DNA of 62,604 nucleotides, taken from a virus (Duplodnaviria; Caudoviricetes). The stretch covers positions 1 to 62,604 of the IMG/VR virus record IMGVR_UViG_3300027898_000008, one strand, 5' to 3'. The translations under genes were made by a program, and so were the position numbers. Positions 54,671 to 62,604 of the stretch are shown here, one piece after another. Numbering within the stretch: the stretch's first letter is position 1; every line of letters starts with the position of its first letter. Under the pieces are notes generated by a model. It was given only the letters and a program-made list of their open reading frames with translations, had not been told where the DNA came from and ran no database searches.

Positions 54671-55233
54671 CAGTAGTCGTAGCAGCTGTAACGAAAAGAG
54701 ACGGAGTTGTCATGGCATGTGACTCAGAGATTTCTTACGGTTGGAACAAAGACAATGACGGTTGGAACAAAATATGGGTTGACGACCGCAATAACTTTTT
54801 GATCGGCGGGTGCGGGAGCATCAGGGCAATGCAGATATTTAAATACTGGGTCCAGCTTCCTCAAAACAATGGTGATGATCCAGAGAAGTTTGGCGTTGAA
54901 CAAGTAACTCCAATTGTTAGACACGAACTTGGAGAGCACGGAGCCCTTTATCAAAACAAGAAATCAGAGTATTTTGAAGGTGGATTCATGGTTTCTTGGG
55001 GTAATGAATTAATGTCAGTTGATTCAGATTTTGGAATTTTTGTACCTTCTAGCGGAAGACACGCTATAGGATCGGGTCAAGCAGAAGCCTTAGGACACCT
55101 TGGCAACACTGGCCCGTGGTCCAAGGCAGACGTTATTGAAGCAGCGCGCAAAGCCACACTCACCGCCGTTGGTGTAGGTGGCCCTTTGTGGGTTGGAACT
55201 ACTAAGTCAATGGAGATAGTGCAAGTTGTTTAA
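54667..55233 (+). CDS. Ntn-hydrolase, HslV/proteasome beta-like protease
   Basis: N-terminal MT, MACDS, NKIW, AIGSG, VGGP. Confidence 0.8.
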   Translation: MTVVVAAVTKRDGVVMACDSEISYGWNKDNDGWNKIWVDDRNNFLIGGCGSIRAMQIFKYWVQLPQNNGDDPEKFGVEQVTPIVRHELGEHGALYQNKKSEYFEGGFMVSWGNELMSVDSDFGIFVPSSGRHAIGSGQAEALGHLGNTGPWSKADVIEAARKATLTAVGVGGPLWVGTTKSMEIVQVV

Positions 55234-55492
55234 AGATCTATTTGAAGGATACCGAGATGGGGCGTGCCAAAAGAGTGGAGTCAACTTCATTACCGAGGCG
55301 GTCAAACCAGATCAAGAGAAGGTTTGCAATCGTTGTCCAGTATTCAATGAGTGCTTTGAATATGCATTGCATAACGAGATATGGGACGTCTGGGCTTCAA
55401 TGGGGCCAATCAAACGCAAAAAGCTTAGGAAAAAACTTGGCATACCAGAACCTGGAATATTGCCTATGAAAAAAGAACGGAAAGCATCATGA
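55226..55492 (+). CDS. Second, divergent WhiB-family protein
   Basis: GAC...CNRCPVFNECFEYAL...VWAS...basic tail. Confidence 0.75.
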   Translation: MFKDLFEGYRDGACQKSGVNFITEAVKPDQEKVCNRCPVFNECFEYALHNEIWDVWASMGPIKRKKLRKKLGIPEPGILPMKKERKAS

Positions 55493-56241
55493 ACATTACT
55501 AACGAAGAGCAAACTTCACTTTGGGAAGGACAATTTCCCGACAGAAAGATACCAGGAACTTTTGAAAAGTTGCCTGGTAAGTGTGGGGCAAAGCTTAGGG
55601 ACAAAGATCTTAAAGAGTTGGGCATCGAACGCTATTGCAACAAGCGCTCAGGAATGGGTACATCACACTTAGACACTGGAGCTTGCAAGTGGCATGGTGG
55701 GGCAACAAAGAACCACATTAAGTCAGCTTCCAAAGAGATGGTAGTTCGTCAATTTAACGAACTAGCTACGATTGCAGAAAAGCTTGGCGATGCAGCTCCC
55801 ATTGGACCGCCAGAAGTAGAAGCATTCCAGCTGGCTACTAAAGCCAAGCAGTGGATCAGCATTATCGAAACAGAGATGGACAAAATATCACATCAACTTG
55901 TCACAGAGGATCAAGCTGGGATAGAGCACGCTCGTGCCGTAATCGAAATCTGGGAACGTGGTGTTGATAGATTTCAAAGGTTCTTGGAATTCAGCATGAA
56001 GCATGACCTTCACCGCCGTGTTGTAGAGCTCGAAGAACAACAAGCATCTGTAATTGGGGCTGCGTTCATGTCAGTAATTCTTTCTCAAGACATGAAGCTT
56101 ACTGAAAGTCAAATTAGAATTGCGCGTAATTTGTTTGCCAATTCAATGAACGATTTGGGTGACCAGCTGGCGCCAACGTGGTCGGCATCACTCAGATTGA
56201 ATGACGATGACATCGTTGACGCCGAGCTGGTTGAAGACTAG
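55489..56241 (+). CDS. HGGxSTG-like protein, candidate terminase small subunit
   Basis: CGAK...C...GMGTSHLDTGACKWHGGATKNH; helical C-terminus ending IVDAELVED. Confidence 0.65.
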   Translation: MNITNEEQTSLWEGQFPDRKIPGTFEKLPGKCGAKLRDKDLKELGIERYCNKRSGMGTSHLDTGACKWHGGATKNHIKSASKEMVVRQFNELATIAEKLGDAAPIGPPEVEAFQLATKAKQWISIIETEMDKISHQLVTEDQAGIEHARAVIEIWERGVDRFQRFLEFSMKHDLHRRVVELEEQQASVIGAAFMSVILSQDMKLTESQIRIARNLFANSMNDLGDQLAPTWSASLRLNDDDIVDAELVED

Positions 56242-56384
56242 TCCTGCTTGACGAACTGAATTGGCTTATTGCCCTTCGCCATCTTGCAATTGTGAGCCAC
56301 TTCTTTAATTAAAGTCGGCTGAGTTTCGCGCTTGTTGCATTTGGGGCAGATCCAAACGTTCATACGCTGCTTCTCGATGGCCAT
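56238..56384 (-). CDS. Small zinc-finger protein (48 aa)
   Basis: WICPKC...HNC; TAATG coupling. Confidence 0.55.
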   Translation of the reverse strand: MAIEKQRMNVWICPKCNKRETQPTLIKEVAHNCKMAKGNKPIQFVKQD

Positions 56385-56728
56385 TATTCTTCATCCTCCC
56401 AATCATAGTCAAGCAAGTTGCTTGCTGCTTCGGTACAAATGTGACCAAGAAATGCGCCACGGGTAAGTGCTGCTTGAATCGGATCGTCAACCTCGTCTTC
56501 AATAAAACGAAGATAAGCGGACGAAACAATGATCATCAGACTAAGACGCTCTGCATCCAGTAACTCGATGACTTGATACGGTGTTGAATCATCGGTAATA
56601 ACTTCGTCTTGAACGCTCAATACTGAAATGCGAACTCCACGAATTGTTGCTACCAGAATCGTTTGACTTTCATCCACCGATGGCTCGCGCCACTCGTAGG
56701 AGTAAGTGTCACCAACTAAACTTCCCAC
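56384..56728 (-). CDS. Hypothetical acidic protein
   Basis: ORF; start uncertain. Confidence 0.6.
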   Translation of the reverse strand: MGSLVGDTYSYEWREPSVDESQTILVATIRGVRISVLSVQDEVITDDSTPYQVIELLDAERLSLMIIVSSAYLRFIEDEVDDPIQAALTRGAFLGHICTEAASNLLDYDWEDEE

Positions 56729-57129
56729 GTGGCCTCTTCATACCCCGGAAAATCTTGAAGCGCATAGTTGATGAGACCGTTGGCAAATTCACGCTGATCA
56801 GAAAAGTACCACGACTTCGAGAAACAACAACTGTAGAAGTAGTGTCCTACCAAACGAGCAATCGCCAGTGGGTCTTGAACTTCATTGTTGAAATCCCATA
56901 CGTACTTCTCTTGTGGTCCAGCAGCACCGACACCATTTTCAAGTTCGAACGCGGCAACGTTAGCCTCCAAAAGCCAAGCACCAAGTTCATCAGGAGTCTT
57001 AGCAACCTGACTTATCTTAGCGTCATCTCTAGTAGAGTTTTCAAAATCCAGCACCAAGACCTGATTGGCATCTAGTGACATAGCATATGTTACCATGATG
57101 TCAATCTCTCGCTTTTTTAGCAAGCTCAT
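56716..57129 (-). CDS. Hypothetical protein
   Basis: GAGGAG RBS; TTGACT-17-TAGATT promoter upstream. Confidence 0.7.
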   Translation of the reverse strand: MSLLKKREIDIMVTYAMSLDANQVLVLDFENSTRDDAKISQVAKTPDELGAWLLEANVAAFELENGVGAAGPQEKYVWDFNNEVQDPLAIARLVGHYFYSCCFSKSWYFSDQREFANGLINYALQDFPGYEEATWEV

Positions 57130-57287
57130 ACAACTCCTCTCGTTGTTATTAACAATCTACCACATTGGATCAGGGAAGTCAACCGGATGTGCCTTAAACC
57201 TTTGAAATCCGAAATTCGTTTCAAAAGTTGTCAAATCCACACCGTGGGGCGGGGCAAAAAGCCCCTAATGAACGCATGTTCGATCTA

Positions 57288-57316
57288 TTGACACGAGATG
57301 TAAAAAGTGCTAATAT
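57288..57316 (+). promoter_or_regulatory. Leaderless sigma70-type promoter for the nucleotidyltransferase/CCA operon
   Basis: TTGACA-17 nt-TAATAT-6 nt-ATG(57323). Confidence 0.75.
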
Positions 57317-57322
57317 AACGGT

Positions 57323-58105
57323 ATGAACATTATACCTCCACTTCCCAAAAACACCATTATGCTTGTTGAGGTAGGCTCCACCGCCCACGGCACTGGAATT
57401 GCCGGAGGGGAAGACCACGATGAAATGGGAATCGTTGTTGAGACGGCTCGAGAAGTTCTTGGACTGACTATTGGTTTTAAGACTGTTATGCAACGAACGC
57501 AGCCAGAGGGTTTACGTTCTGGTCCTGGTGATACGGATCGCACATTGTATTCGCTACGCACGTTTCTTCATCTAACCTCACAGGGGAATCCTTCGATGTT
57601 GATGTCTCTTTGGGCGCCAATAATTGAGTGTGATAAGGCTGGGTCGCAACTTAGAGAAATGTCGTCTGCATTTATCGGTTCTCACATTATACCCCGATAC
57701 CAAGGATACATGAATTCTCAAGCAATGCGTTTGTTGGGTTTAAAGGGAAGCAGCGGTCACGGCAAGCGCGGCGGCGGGCGAAGGGAAGAGCTGATTGCTG
57801 AGCATGGGTACGACACTAAATACGCTATGCACGCCGCACGTTTGGGCTACCAGTGTATTGAGTTGCTTGAAACTAACAAACTTTCTTTGCCCATCGAAGG
57901 AGAATCTGGTCAATGGCTGAGGGATGTGCGCTACGGAAAAGTTTCGTTTGACGAATGGTGGGAACGTGTGCTATGGTTAGACCATGTTCTTGAAAACCTC
58001 AAATCCAGCGGCGATTTCCGACCGGGGCCTGACAAAAAAGCCATCGAAGACTTTTCTATTCGAACGCACAAAGCCCATTGGCCCAACAGTAGCCTCTTTG
58101 AATGA
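57323..58105 (+). CDS. Pol-beta superfamily nucleotidyltransferase, RlaP/YcgL-like
   Basis: VGSTAHG...DHDEMG; GNP; YDTKYAMHAARL; LRDVRYG. Confidence 0.82.
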   Translation: MNIIPPLPKNTIMLVEVGSTAHGTGIAGGEDHDEMGIVVETAREVLGLTIGFKTVMQRTQPEGLRSGPGDTDRTLYSLRTFLHLTSQGNPSMLMSLWAPIIECDKAGSQLREMSSAFIGSHIIPRYQGYMNSQAMRLLGLKGSSGHGKRGGGRREELIAEHGYDTKYAMHAARLGYQCIELLETNKLSLPIEGESGQWLRDVRYGKVSFDEWWERVLWLDHVLENLKSSGDFRPGPDKKAIEDFSIRTHKAHWPNSSLFE

Positions 58106-58175
58106 GTGCTCCACCTGCAAAGGGTGGAGGCCAGAGCCATGGGCACCATGCCCCACATGCGGAGAGGAAAGCTGA
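58098..58175 (+). CDS. Zinc-knuckle micropeptide (25 aa)
   Basis: TTG-NECSTCKGWRPEPWAPCPTCGEES; TGATG coupling to the CCA gene. Confidence 0.45.
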   Translation: MNECSTCKGWRPEPWAPCPTCGEES

Positions 58176-59599
58176 TGGAAGACGAAACATACGAGATTGC
58201 TTGCAAGATTGCACGCCTAGTTAAGGCCAATGGTGGCCGTGCTCTTATTGTGGGCGGTTGGGTACGTGATTTTCTTTTAGGAGTTCCATCCAACGACATC
58301 GATCTAGAGGTTTTCGGTCTTACTGAATATCAGGTTCGCACAATCATTGCTCGAAATTATCAGTTCAACGAAGTTGGTCAAGCTTTCGGTGTTTTGAAAG
58401 TAAAAGTACCTAACTCCGATGAAGTCATTGATGTGTCGCTTCCAAGAAAGGAAGTTAAGACAGGTGACGGTCACCGTGGGTTCTCAGTGGAGATCGATCC
58501 CTACATGTCTTTCTTCGATGCTTCACGCCGCCGTGATTTGACAATCAATTCCATGGGTTACGACCCGTTGGAAGGTACAATCATAGACCCCCACGGTGGA
58601 AAAAACGATATCGAATATGGTTGGATCAAGCACACTTCCGACGCTTTTTACGAAGACCCTTTGCGTGTTTTGCGCGTAGCACGGTTTGCGGCCAAGTACG
58701 ACTTTTATGTGACGCTTGCAACTATGCAGGCGTGCCAAAACATGGAAAATATGGCTGACTATTTGCCTTCAGAGCGTTTGTGGATGGAGATGGAAAAAAC
58801 CATGCTTCAAACCAATTGGCCAAGTAGGTTTTTCAGAGAGTTGAATTACTACAAGTGGCTTCGTATTTTTCCTGAAGTTAAAGCGTTGATCGGCGTGGAA
58901 CAAGACTGTGAGTGGCACCCCGAAGGCGACGTGTTTGAACACACCATGCACGCAATCGACTATTGGGCGCAAAACTTGCGTACCGGGAATAGGGACGACG
59001 ATCTTGTTGTCGGTCTGGGCGTCTTGTGCCACGACTTTGGAAAGGTGTCTACTACTGGGCTGAGCGATGGGCGTATTCGAGCTTTGGGGCACGAAGAAGC
59101 CGGTGTGGAACCAACCAAGAACTTCTTGCATCGTTTGGGTCAATATGAGTTGGCAAAGAAGATTACGCCACTGGTGGCCAACCACCTTTACCCAAATCAC
59201 TCAAGCCCGTTCACCGCTAAGGGTATTCGACGCCTATCCACCAAGGTAGATCGTTTGGATCTACTGGCTACACTGTCGCGTGCTGATGTCGCTGGTCGTC
59301 CACCGAAAGACCCGGCGCCATCTTTTTACAAGATCTCTCAGTTCGAAGAAGTCGTTAGGACTACCGATGTTCCTGTCGGGGGACCAAAGCCGTTCATTGG
59401 CGGTGACGACCTCATCGAGATAGGCATGAAGCCGGGTCCCGAGTTCAAGACAATCCTTGATCGTATCTACGAGTCCCAACTTGACGGTGAGGTAGAAGAC
59501 ATAAATCAAGCCCACGAACTTCTCTCCAAGATCCTCGTAGAGCGATATGAAACAGCTCTTAAAGAGTCCAATTACTTTCCAATTGATCAGGTAAAATAA
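58175..59599 (+). CDS. cca: Class II CCA-adding tRNA nucleotidyltransferase with HD domain
   Basis: GGWVRD, DIDLE, RRDLTINS, EDPLRVLRVARF; WHPEGDVFEHT...LCHDFGK...GHE. Confidence 0.93.
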   Translation: MEDETYEIACKIARLVKANGGRALIVGGWVRDFLLGVPSNDIDLEVFGLTEYQVRTIIARNYQFNEVGQAFGVLKVKVPNSDEVIDVSLPRKEVKTGDGHRGFSVEIDPYMSFFDASRRRDLTINSMGYDPLEGTIIDPHGGKNDIEYGWIKHTSDAFYEDPLRVLRVARFAAKYDFYVTLATMQACQNMENMADYLPSERLWMEMEKTMLQTNWPSRFFRELNYYKWLRIFPEVKALIGVEQDCEWHPEGDVFEHTMHAIDYWAQNLRTGNRDDDLVVGLGVLCHDFGKVSTTGLSDGRIRALGHEEAGVEPTKNFLHRLGQYELAKKITPLVANHLYPNHSSPFTAKGIRRLSTKVDRLDLLATLSRADVAGRPPKDPAPSFYKISQFEEVVRTTDVPVGGPKPFIGGDDLIEIGMKPGPEFKTILDRIYESQLDGEVEDINQAHELLSKILVERYETALKESNYFPIDQVK

Positions 59600-59608
59600 A
59601 GAAACTCA

Positions 59609-59637
59609 TTGACATCTGCAGATAGTGTGCTAGAATG
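59609..59637 (+). promoter_or_regulatory. sigma70-type promoter
   Basis: TTGACA-17 nt-TAGAAT with extended -10 TG. Confidence 0.75.
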
Positions 59638-59708
59638 AAGTTTAACCAATAAGGAGGCCGAGTGAAAACAACACCCGCAACGTAACATCCCCTGAACAAA
59701 GGAGCAAC

Positions 59709-60194
59709 GTGTTAAACAAGATCAAACTTATAGCCGCCTCACTAATTCTTGCATTATCGATCATTGTAGTACCCGCTTCACCCGTGCTAGCAACAAGCAA
59801 GCCTGCACGGCATCACCTTGTGGCTCATCACAAGCCTCATTCGATCACTCCAATTGCAGTTCCTGCTCAATGGCGAAACCCCGGTGGTACCTACCCCGGA
59901 CCAACGGACCCTACGCGGTTCTTGCCGCGCATTGACCAACTGGCTTTTGATTGTATTCGATACCACGAATCACGTGATCACCTTGTAGACGGCTACGGAT
60001 CTCAAGGATGGTACCAGTTTACTGTATCAACATGGTACGCCGCAGCGCAGGCTTTGCATCTTCCACCGACGCCAAATCAGGCAAATGGTAATCAGCAAAG
60101 TTCCGCCGCTGTTTGGTACTTTCACCGCAATGGACGTTTTGGCGTTCAATGGGCGGCAGATGCGTACAGCTGTCCCGGTATTTTCTACTTTTAA
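59709..60194 (+). CDS. Secreted Rpf-like lytic transglycosylase
   Basis: Signal peptide; CIRYHES (catalytic Glu), GWYQFTVSTW, A...QQ, QW...C. Confidence 0.8.
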   Translation: MLNKIKLIAASLILALSIIVVPASPVLATSKPARHHLVAHHKPHSITPIAVPAQWRNPGGTYPGPTDPTRFLPRIDQLAFDCIRYHESRDHLVDGYGSQGWYQFTVSTWYAAAQALHLPPTPNQANGNQQSSAAVWYFHRNGRFGVQWAADAYSCPGIFYF

Positions 60195-60202
60195 GGAGCT
60201 AT

Positions 60203-60445
60203 ATGGTAGACCTCAACATTTTAGATGTAATTGAAGATTTACGCAATGGAGTCCAAAAAGACATTGAGAATTTAATTTCCAAGATTTTACTTGCATCTAC
60301 TATAGATGATCGTGTAGACTTAGTGGGAGATGCTGTGGTAGATGGGACGACTGAAATGTGGTCTTCCGCTCTACACATGGCCACGACACTGGAGGCATAC
60401 GCAAATGAAGAGTCAGTTGAAGGTGGGGACGAAAGTCAAAGTTAA
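60203..60445 (+). CDS. Hypothetical acidic protein
   Basis: AAGGAG RBS. Confidence 0.65.
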   Translation: MVDLNILDVIEDLRNGVQKDIENLISKILLASTIDDRVDLVGDAVVDGTTEMWSSALHMATTLEAYANEESVEGGDESQS

Positions 60446-61064
60446 TTCGAATAATCCTTTTGGATATAGTGTTCCGACTGGATCTTTTGAGACCATTATT
60501 AGTGATTTTGATGAATCCGAATATAGAAAAGTTCTTTTAGACAATCCTGATCTTCGTTCCAATGATCTTAGTGGAAGTTGGACATTTCACAATGAAGAAA
60601 TCGATTTTGTTCCTTCTTTCAAAGTTGGCGACCGTGTAATTTGCACTTCAAACGAATTTGGTCCGGATAATTACTTCTTTGTAGGAAAAGTTGGTACAGT
60701 ACATTATGTGCGTAGTAACAGCATTTTTGTCAACTTCGATTTCGAAGTTAATTTTCTAGCAGAGTGCAACGCTTCAGAACTTGACTTCGCCCCCAAGAAG
60801 TACGAAGCAGTACCAATCGACACCTTCACCATCTACCGTACTGGTGACATCTCAGACACCCACACATCTGACCAGATGAATGACCCCGACGAGCCTCAGT
60901 GCTTCGGTGTGGTCTTTCCCTCGGGAAAGACAGTCATCAACTGGGCAACCGCTGTCGCATCGGTTTCAGTGTTTGACAACTACGATGAGTTCGAGCGCAT
61001 CCACGGCCACGTTGACCCTGAAAAGGATGCCGCTTACGGTACCAAGATCGTGTGGAACAAGTAA
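60405..61064 (+). CDS. Hypothetical protein with SH3/KOW-like repeats and a C-terminal phage domain
   Basis: LKVGTKVKV and FKVGDRVIC repeats; GVVFPSGKTVINW...IHGH...TKIVW; GGAGG RBS. Confidence 0.7.
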   Translation: MKSQLKVGTKVKVNSNNPFGYSVPTGSFETIISDFDESEYRKVLLDNPDLRSNDLSGSWTFHNEEIDFVPSFKVGDRVICTSNEFGPDNYFFVGKVGTVHYVRSNSIFVNFDFEVNFLAECNASELDFAPKKYEAVPIDTFTIYRTGDISDTHTSDQMNDPDEPQCFGVVFPSGKTVINWATAVASVSVFDNYDEFERIHGHVDPEKDAAYGTKIVWNK

Positions 61065-61234
61065 TGAAGCGCATTATTGAAACAATCATTTTGATGGTCT
61101 TTTTAATCATCAATTTTGTGTTTTTGGGAATAGCAATTTCTATCGGAAACTTTGGTGAGATAATTCTTTTTTCGATAGGCGTAGTTATGACAGTGACATG
61201 GATTGTTGAATACCATTTGCGAAAGGATCTATAA
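61064..61234 (+). CDS. Two-TM membrane protein
   Basis: Hydrophobic; TAATG coupling. Confidence 0.6.
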   Translation: MKRIIETIILMVFLIINFVFLGIAISIGNFGEIILFSIGVVMTVTWIVEYHLRKDL

Positions 61235-61235
61235 C

Positions 61236-61925
61236 ATGGGAAGTCACATTTACCACAAGATTAACTCTATCAGGAAGCGCGTGTTAGATGGACCTGACAA
61301 AGGCCACTTTACCGGAGAATGGTCTGACCCCAACTTCGAAGAGCTCCAAGACCTTCATTGGGTGTGCAGAGAAAAGATCGACGGCACCAACATCCGTGTG
61401 CACTTGTCTTCCCTCGAGCCCGGTGATCTGTCTATTGCATTTGACGGACGTACAGATAAAGCCAATATCCCCAAGCCTTTGCTGGCGCGTTTAAACGAGT
61501 TGTTTGACACCGTTCATTACCCACAAGTAGTGTTTGATACTTTTGATCAAGGCGCCCTCGAGACCGGCGTAACTATTTACGGCGAGGGGTACGGCGCAGG
61601 AATTCAAAAGGGAGGTAACTATGGCCCCGTGGACTTTATCGTCTTCGACATACGAATCGGTCACATGTGGCTTACGGAAGAATCCATCACAGGGATCTCC
61701 TCTGCCCTCGGACTGCGGCGAGTACCTATCTACGAAAACATTCAAACTCTACGAGATGCCATCACCATCGTCTCTCGCGGAACACTACTTTCTCACTGGC
61801 CAGCATATGGTGAGGCAGAAGGGATCGTTGCGGTACCGACCTCTGGAATTCTTGATCGTCGTGGCAACCGTATTATTGCCAAAGTAAAGGGAGTAGATTT
61901 TCCAGGGCGTCATGGAAAACAATGA
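61236..61925 (+). CDS. ATP-dependent RNA ligase (Rnl2-like nucleotidyltransferase domain)
   Basis: Motif I EKIDGTN, III YGEGYG, IIIa FIVFDI, IV EGIV, V AKVK; no OB domain. Confidence 0.88.
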   Translation: MGSHIYHKINSIRKRVLDGPDKGHFTGEWSDPNFEELQDLHWVCREKIDGTNIRVHLSSLEPGDLSIAFDGRTDKANIPKPLLARLNELFDTVHYPQVVFDTFDQGALETGVTIYGEGYGAGIQKGGNYGPVDFIVFDIRIGHMWLTEESITGISSALGLRRVPIYENIQTLRDAITIVSRGTLLSHWPAYGEAEGIVAVPTSGILDRRGNRIIAKVKGVDFPGRHGKQ

Positions 61926-61926
61926 C

Positions 61927-61955
61927 TTGCACCAGAAAAGAAAGTATGGTATGAT
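61927..61955 (+). promoter_or_regulatory. Leaderless promoter
   Basis: TTGCAC-17 nt-TATGAT-5 nt-ATG(61961). Confidence 0.6.
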
Positions 61956-61960
61956 ATCGC

Positions 61961-62604
61961 ATGAGTAAAATTATCTATGCTTTGGATTTCGAGACCAGCA
62001 CCAATCCCGGTGACGGCCTAAATCCCACTAACCCTTTGACAAGCATTACGTCAGCGGCAATCTTCTTTGGTCCTTTGGATGCAAACGATACCAGCGTGCC
62101 TACGGGTGCATTTGCATTCGATGATCCGGTGGAAGAGCGCTTGTTGTTGACGGTACGCGATTTCTTTCAATCCCCGTGGACTAAGCCCGGAACAATCGTA
62201 ACGTGGAACGGTGCAAGCTTTGACATTGCTTTCCTAATTACCCGCGCCGCAATGCACAACATTCCGTTGTTCCAATTCCAAGCAGTTGTCCACCCTGATC
62301 GCAAGCCAAAGTATGGTGCTCTTAAGGGGCACACAGGCGGTTACGCGCTCAACTGGGGCAAGCACACGCATGCTGACATTTGGACTGCGTACAACGACAT
62401 CGCGGCTAATGCCGGTATCAAGGCAGGGCTGAAGCCTGTTGCAGAACTCCTTGGTCTTAACCCCGTAAAGGTAGACGCATCCAACATGGAGTCCCTGACA
62501 ATTCGAGAGCGCATGGACTACAATACAAGTGACGTGCAGGTAACGTATCAGCTTGCTACCATGCTGGCGGATCTTTACGAAGAGGGCGTCGTTCCCCACG
62601 AGTT
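61961..62604 (+). CDS. DEDD(y) 3'-5' exonuclease, runs off the window end
   Basis: MSKIIYALDFET (ExoI), TWNGASFD (ExoII), YNTSDV (ExoIII); absent from ORF track because no stop lies in the window. Confidence 0.8.
   Translation, partial: MSKIIYALDFETSTNPGDGLNPTNPLTSITSAAIFFGPLDANDTSVPTGAFAFDDPVEERLLLTVRDFFQSPWTKPGTIVTWNGASFDIAFLITRAAMHNIPLFQFQAVVHPDRKPKYGALKGHTGGYALNWGKHTHADIWTAYNDIAANAGIKAGLKPVAELLGLNPVKVDASNMESLTIRERMDYNTSDVQVTYQLATMLADLYEEGVVPHE

Noticed and set aside
59638-59708. c-di-AMP (ydaO) riboswitch expected upstream of rpf-like genes
   Set aside because: Leader too short and lacks the consensus

Overview
A 62.6 kb segment of a large tailed dsDNA phage genome with a contractile (myovirus-type) tail, read in the standard genetic code. 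Two WhiB-family genes, an Rpf-like transglycosylase, a CxxDxxC ferredoxin and several leaderless sigma70-type transcripts point to an actinobacterial host (inference). Layout: (1-2745, minus strand) an array of 19 tRNA genes with structured spacers; (3.2-5.7 kb) small genes and a Holliday junction resolvase; (5.7-30.5 kb) terminase, portal, protease/scaffold, major capsid, neck, sheath, tube, frameshifted chaperone, tape measure, baseplate and fibre; (30.5-34.4 kb) lysis and peptidases; (34.5-40.5 kb) a second fibre-like operon with a GH16 enzyme; (40.6-49.8 kb) a phosphoesterase and a minus-strand recombination operon (SSB, ERF, YqaJ, LexA-like DBD, RecA); (49.9-56.2 kb) replication genes with iterons; (57.3-62.6 kb) RNA end-processing genes (RlaP-like nucleotidyltransferase, CCA-adding/HD enzyme, RNA ligase, DEDD exonuclease). 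Best candidates for new biology: (a) a circularly permuted tRNA-like RNA (1371-1441) with its acceptor stem sealed by a UUCG loop and no anticodon loop, inside the tRNA array of a phage that carries an RNA end-repair kit; (b) a small protein encoded after the portal that copies the capsid N-terminal arm at the protein level; (c) a two-copy covarying RNA motif in tRNA leaders. All calls come from manual reading and motif recognition; no database searches were run.
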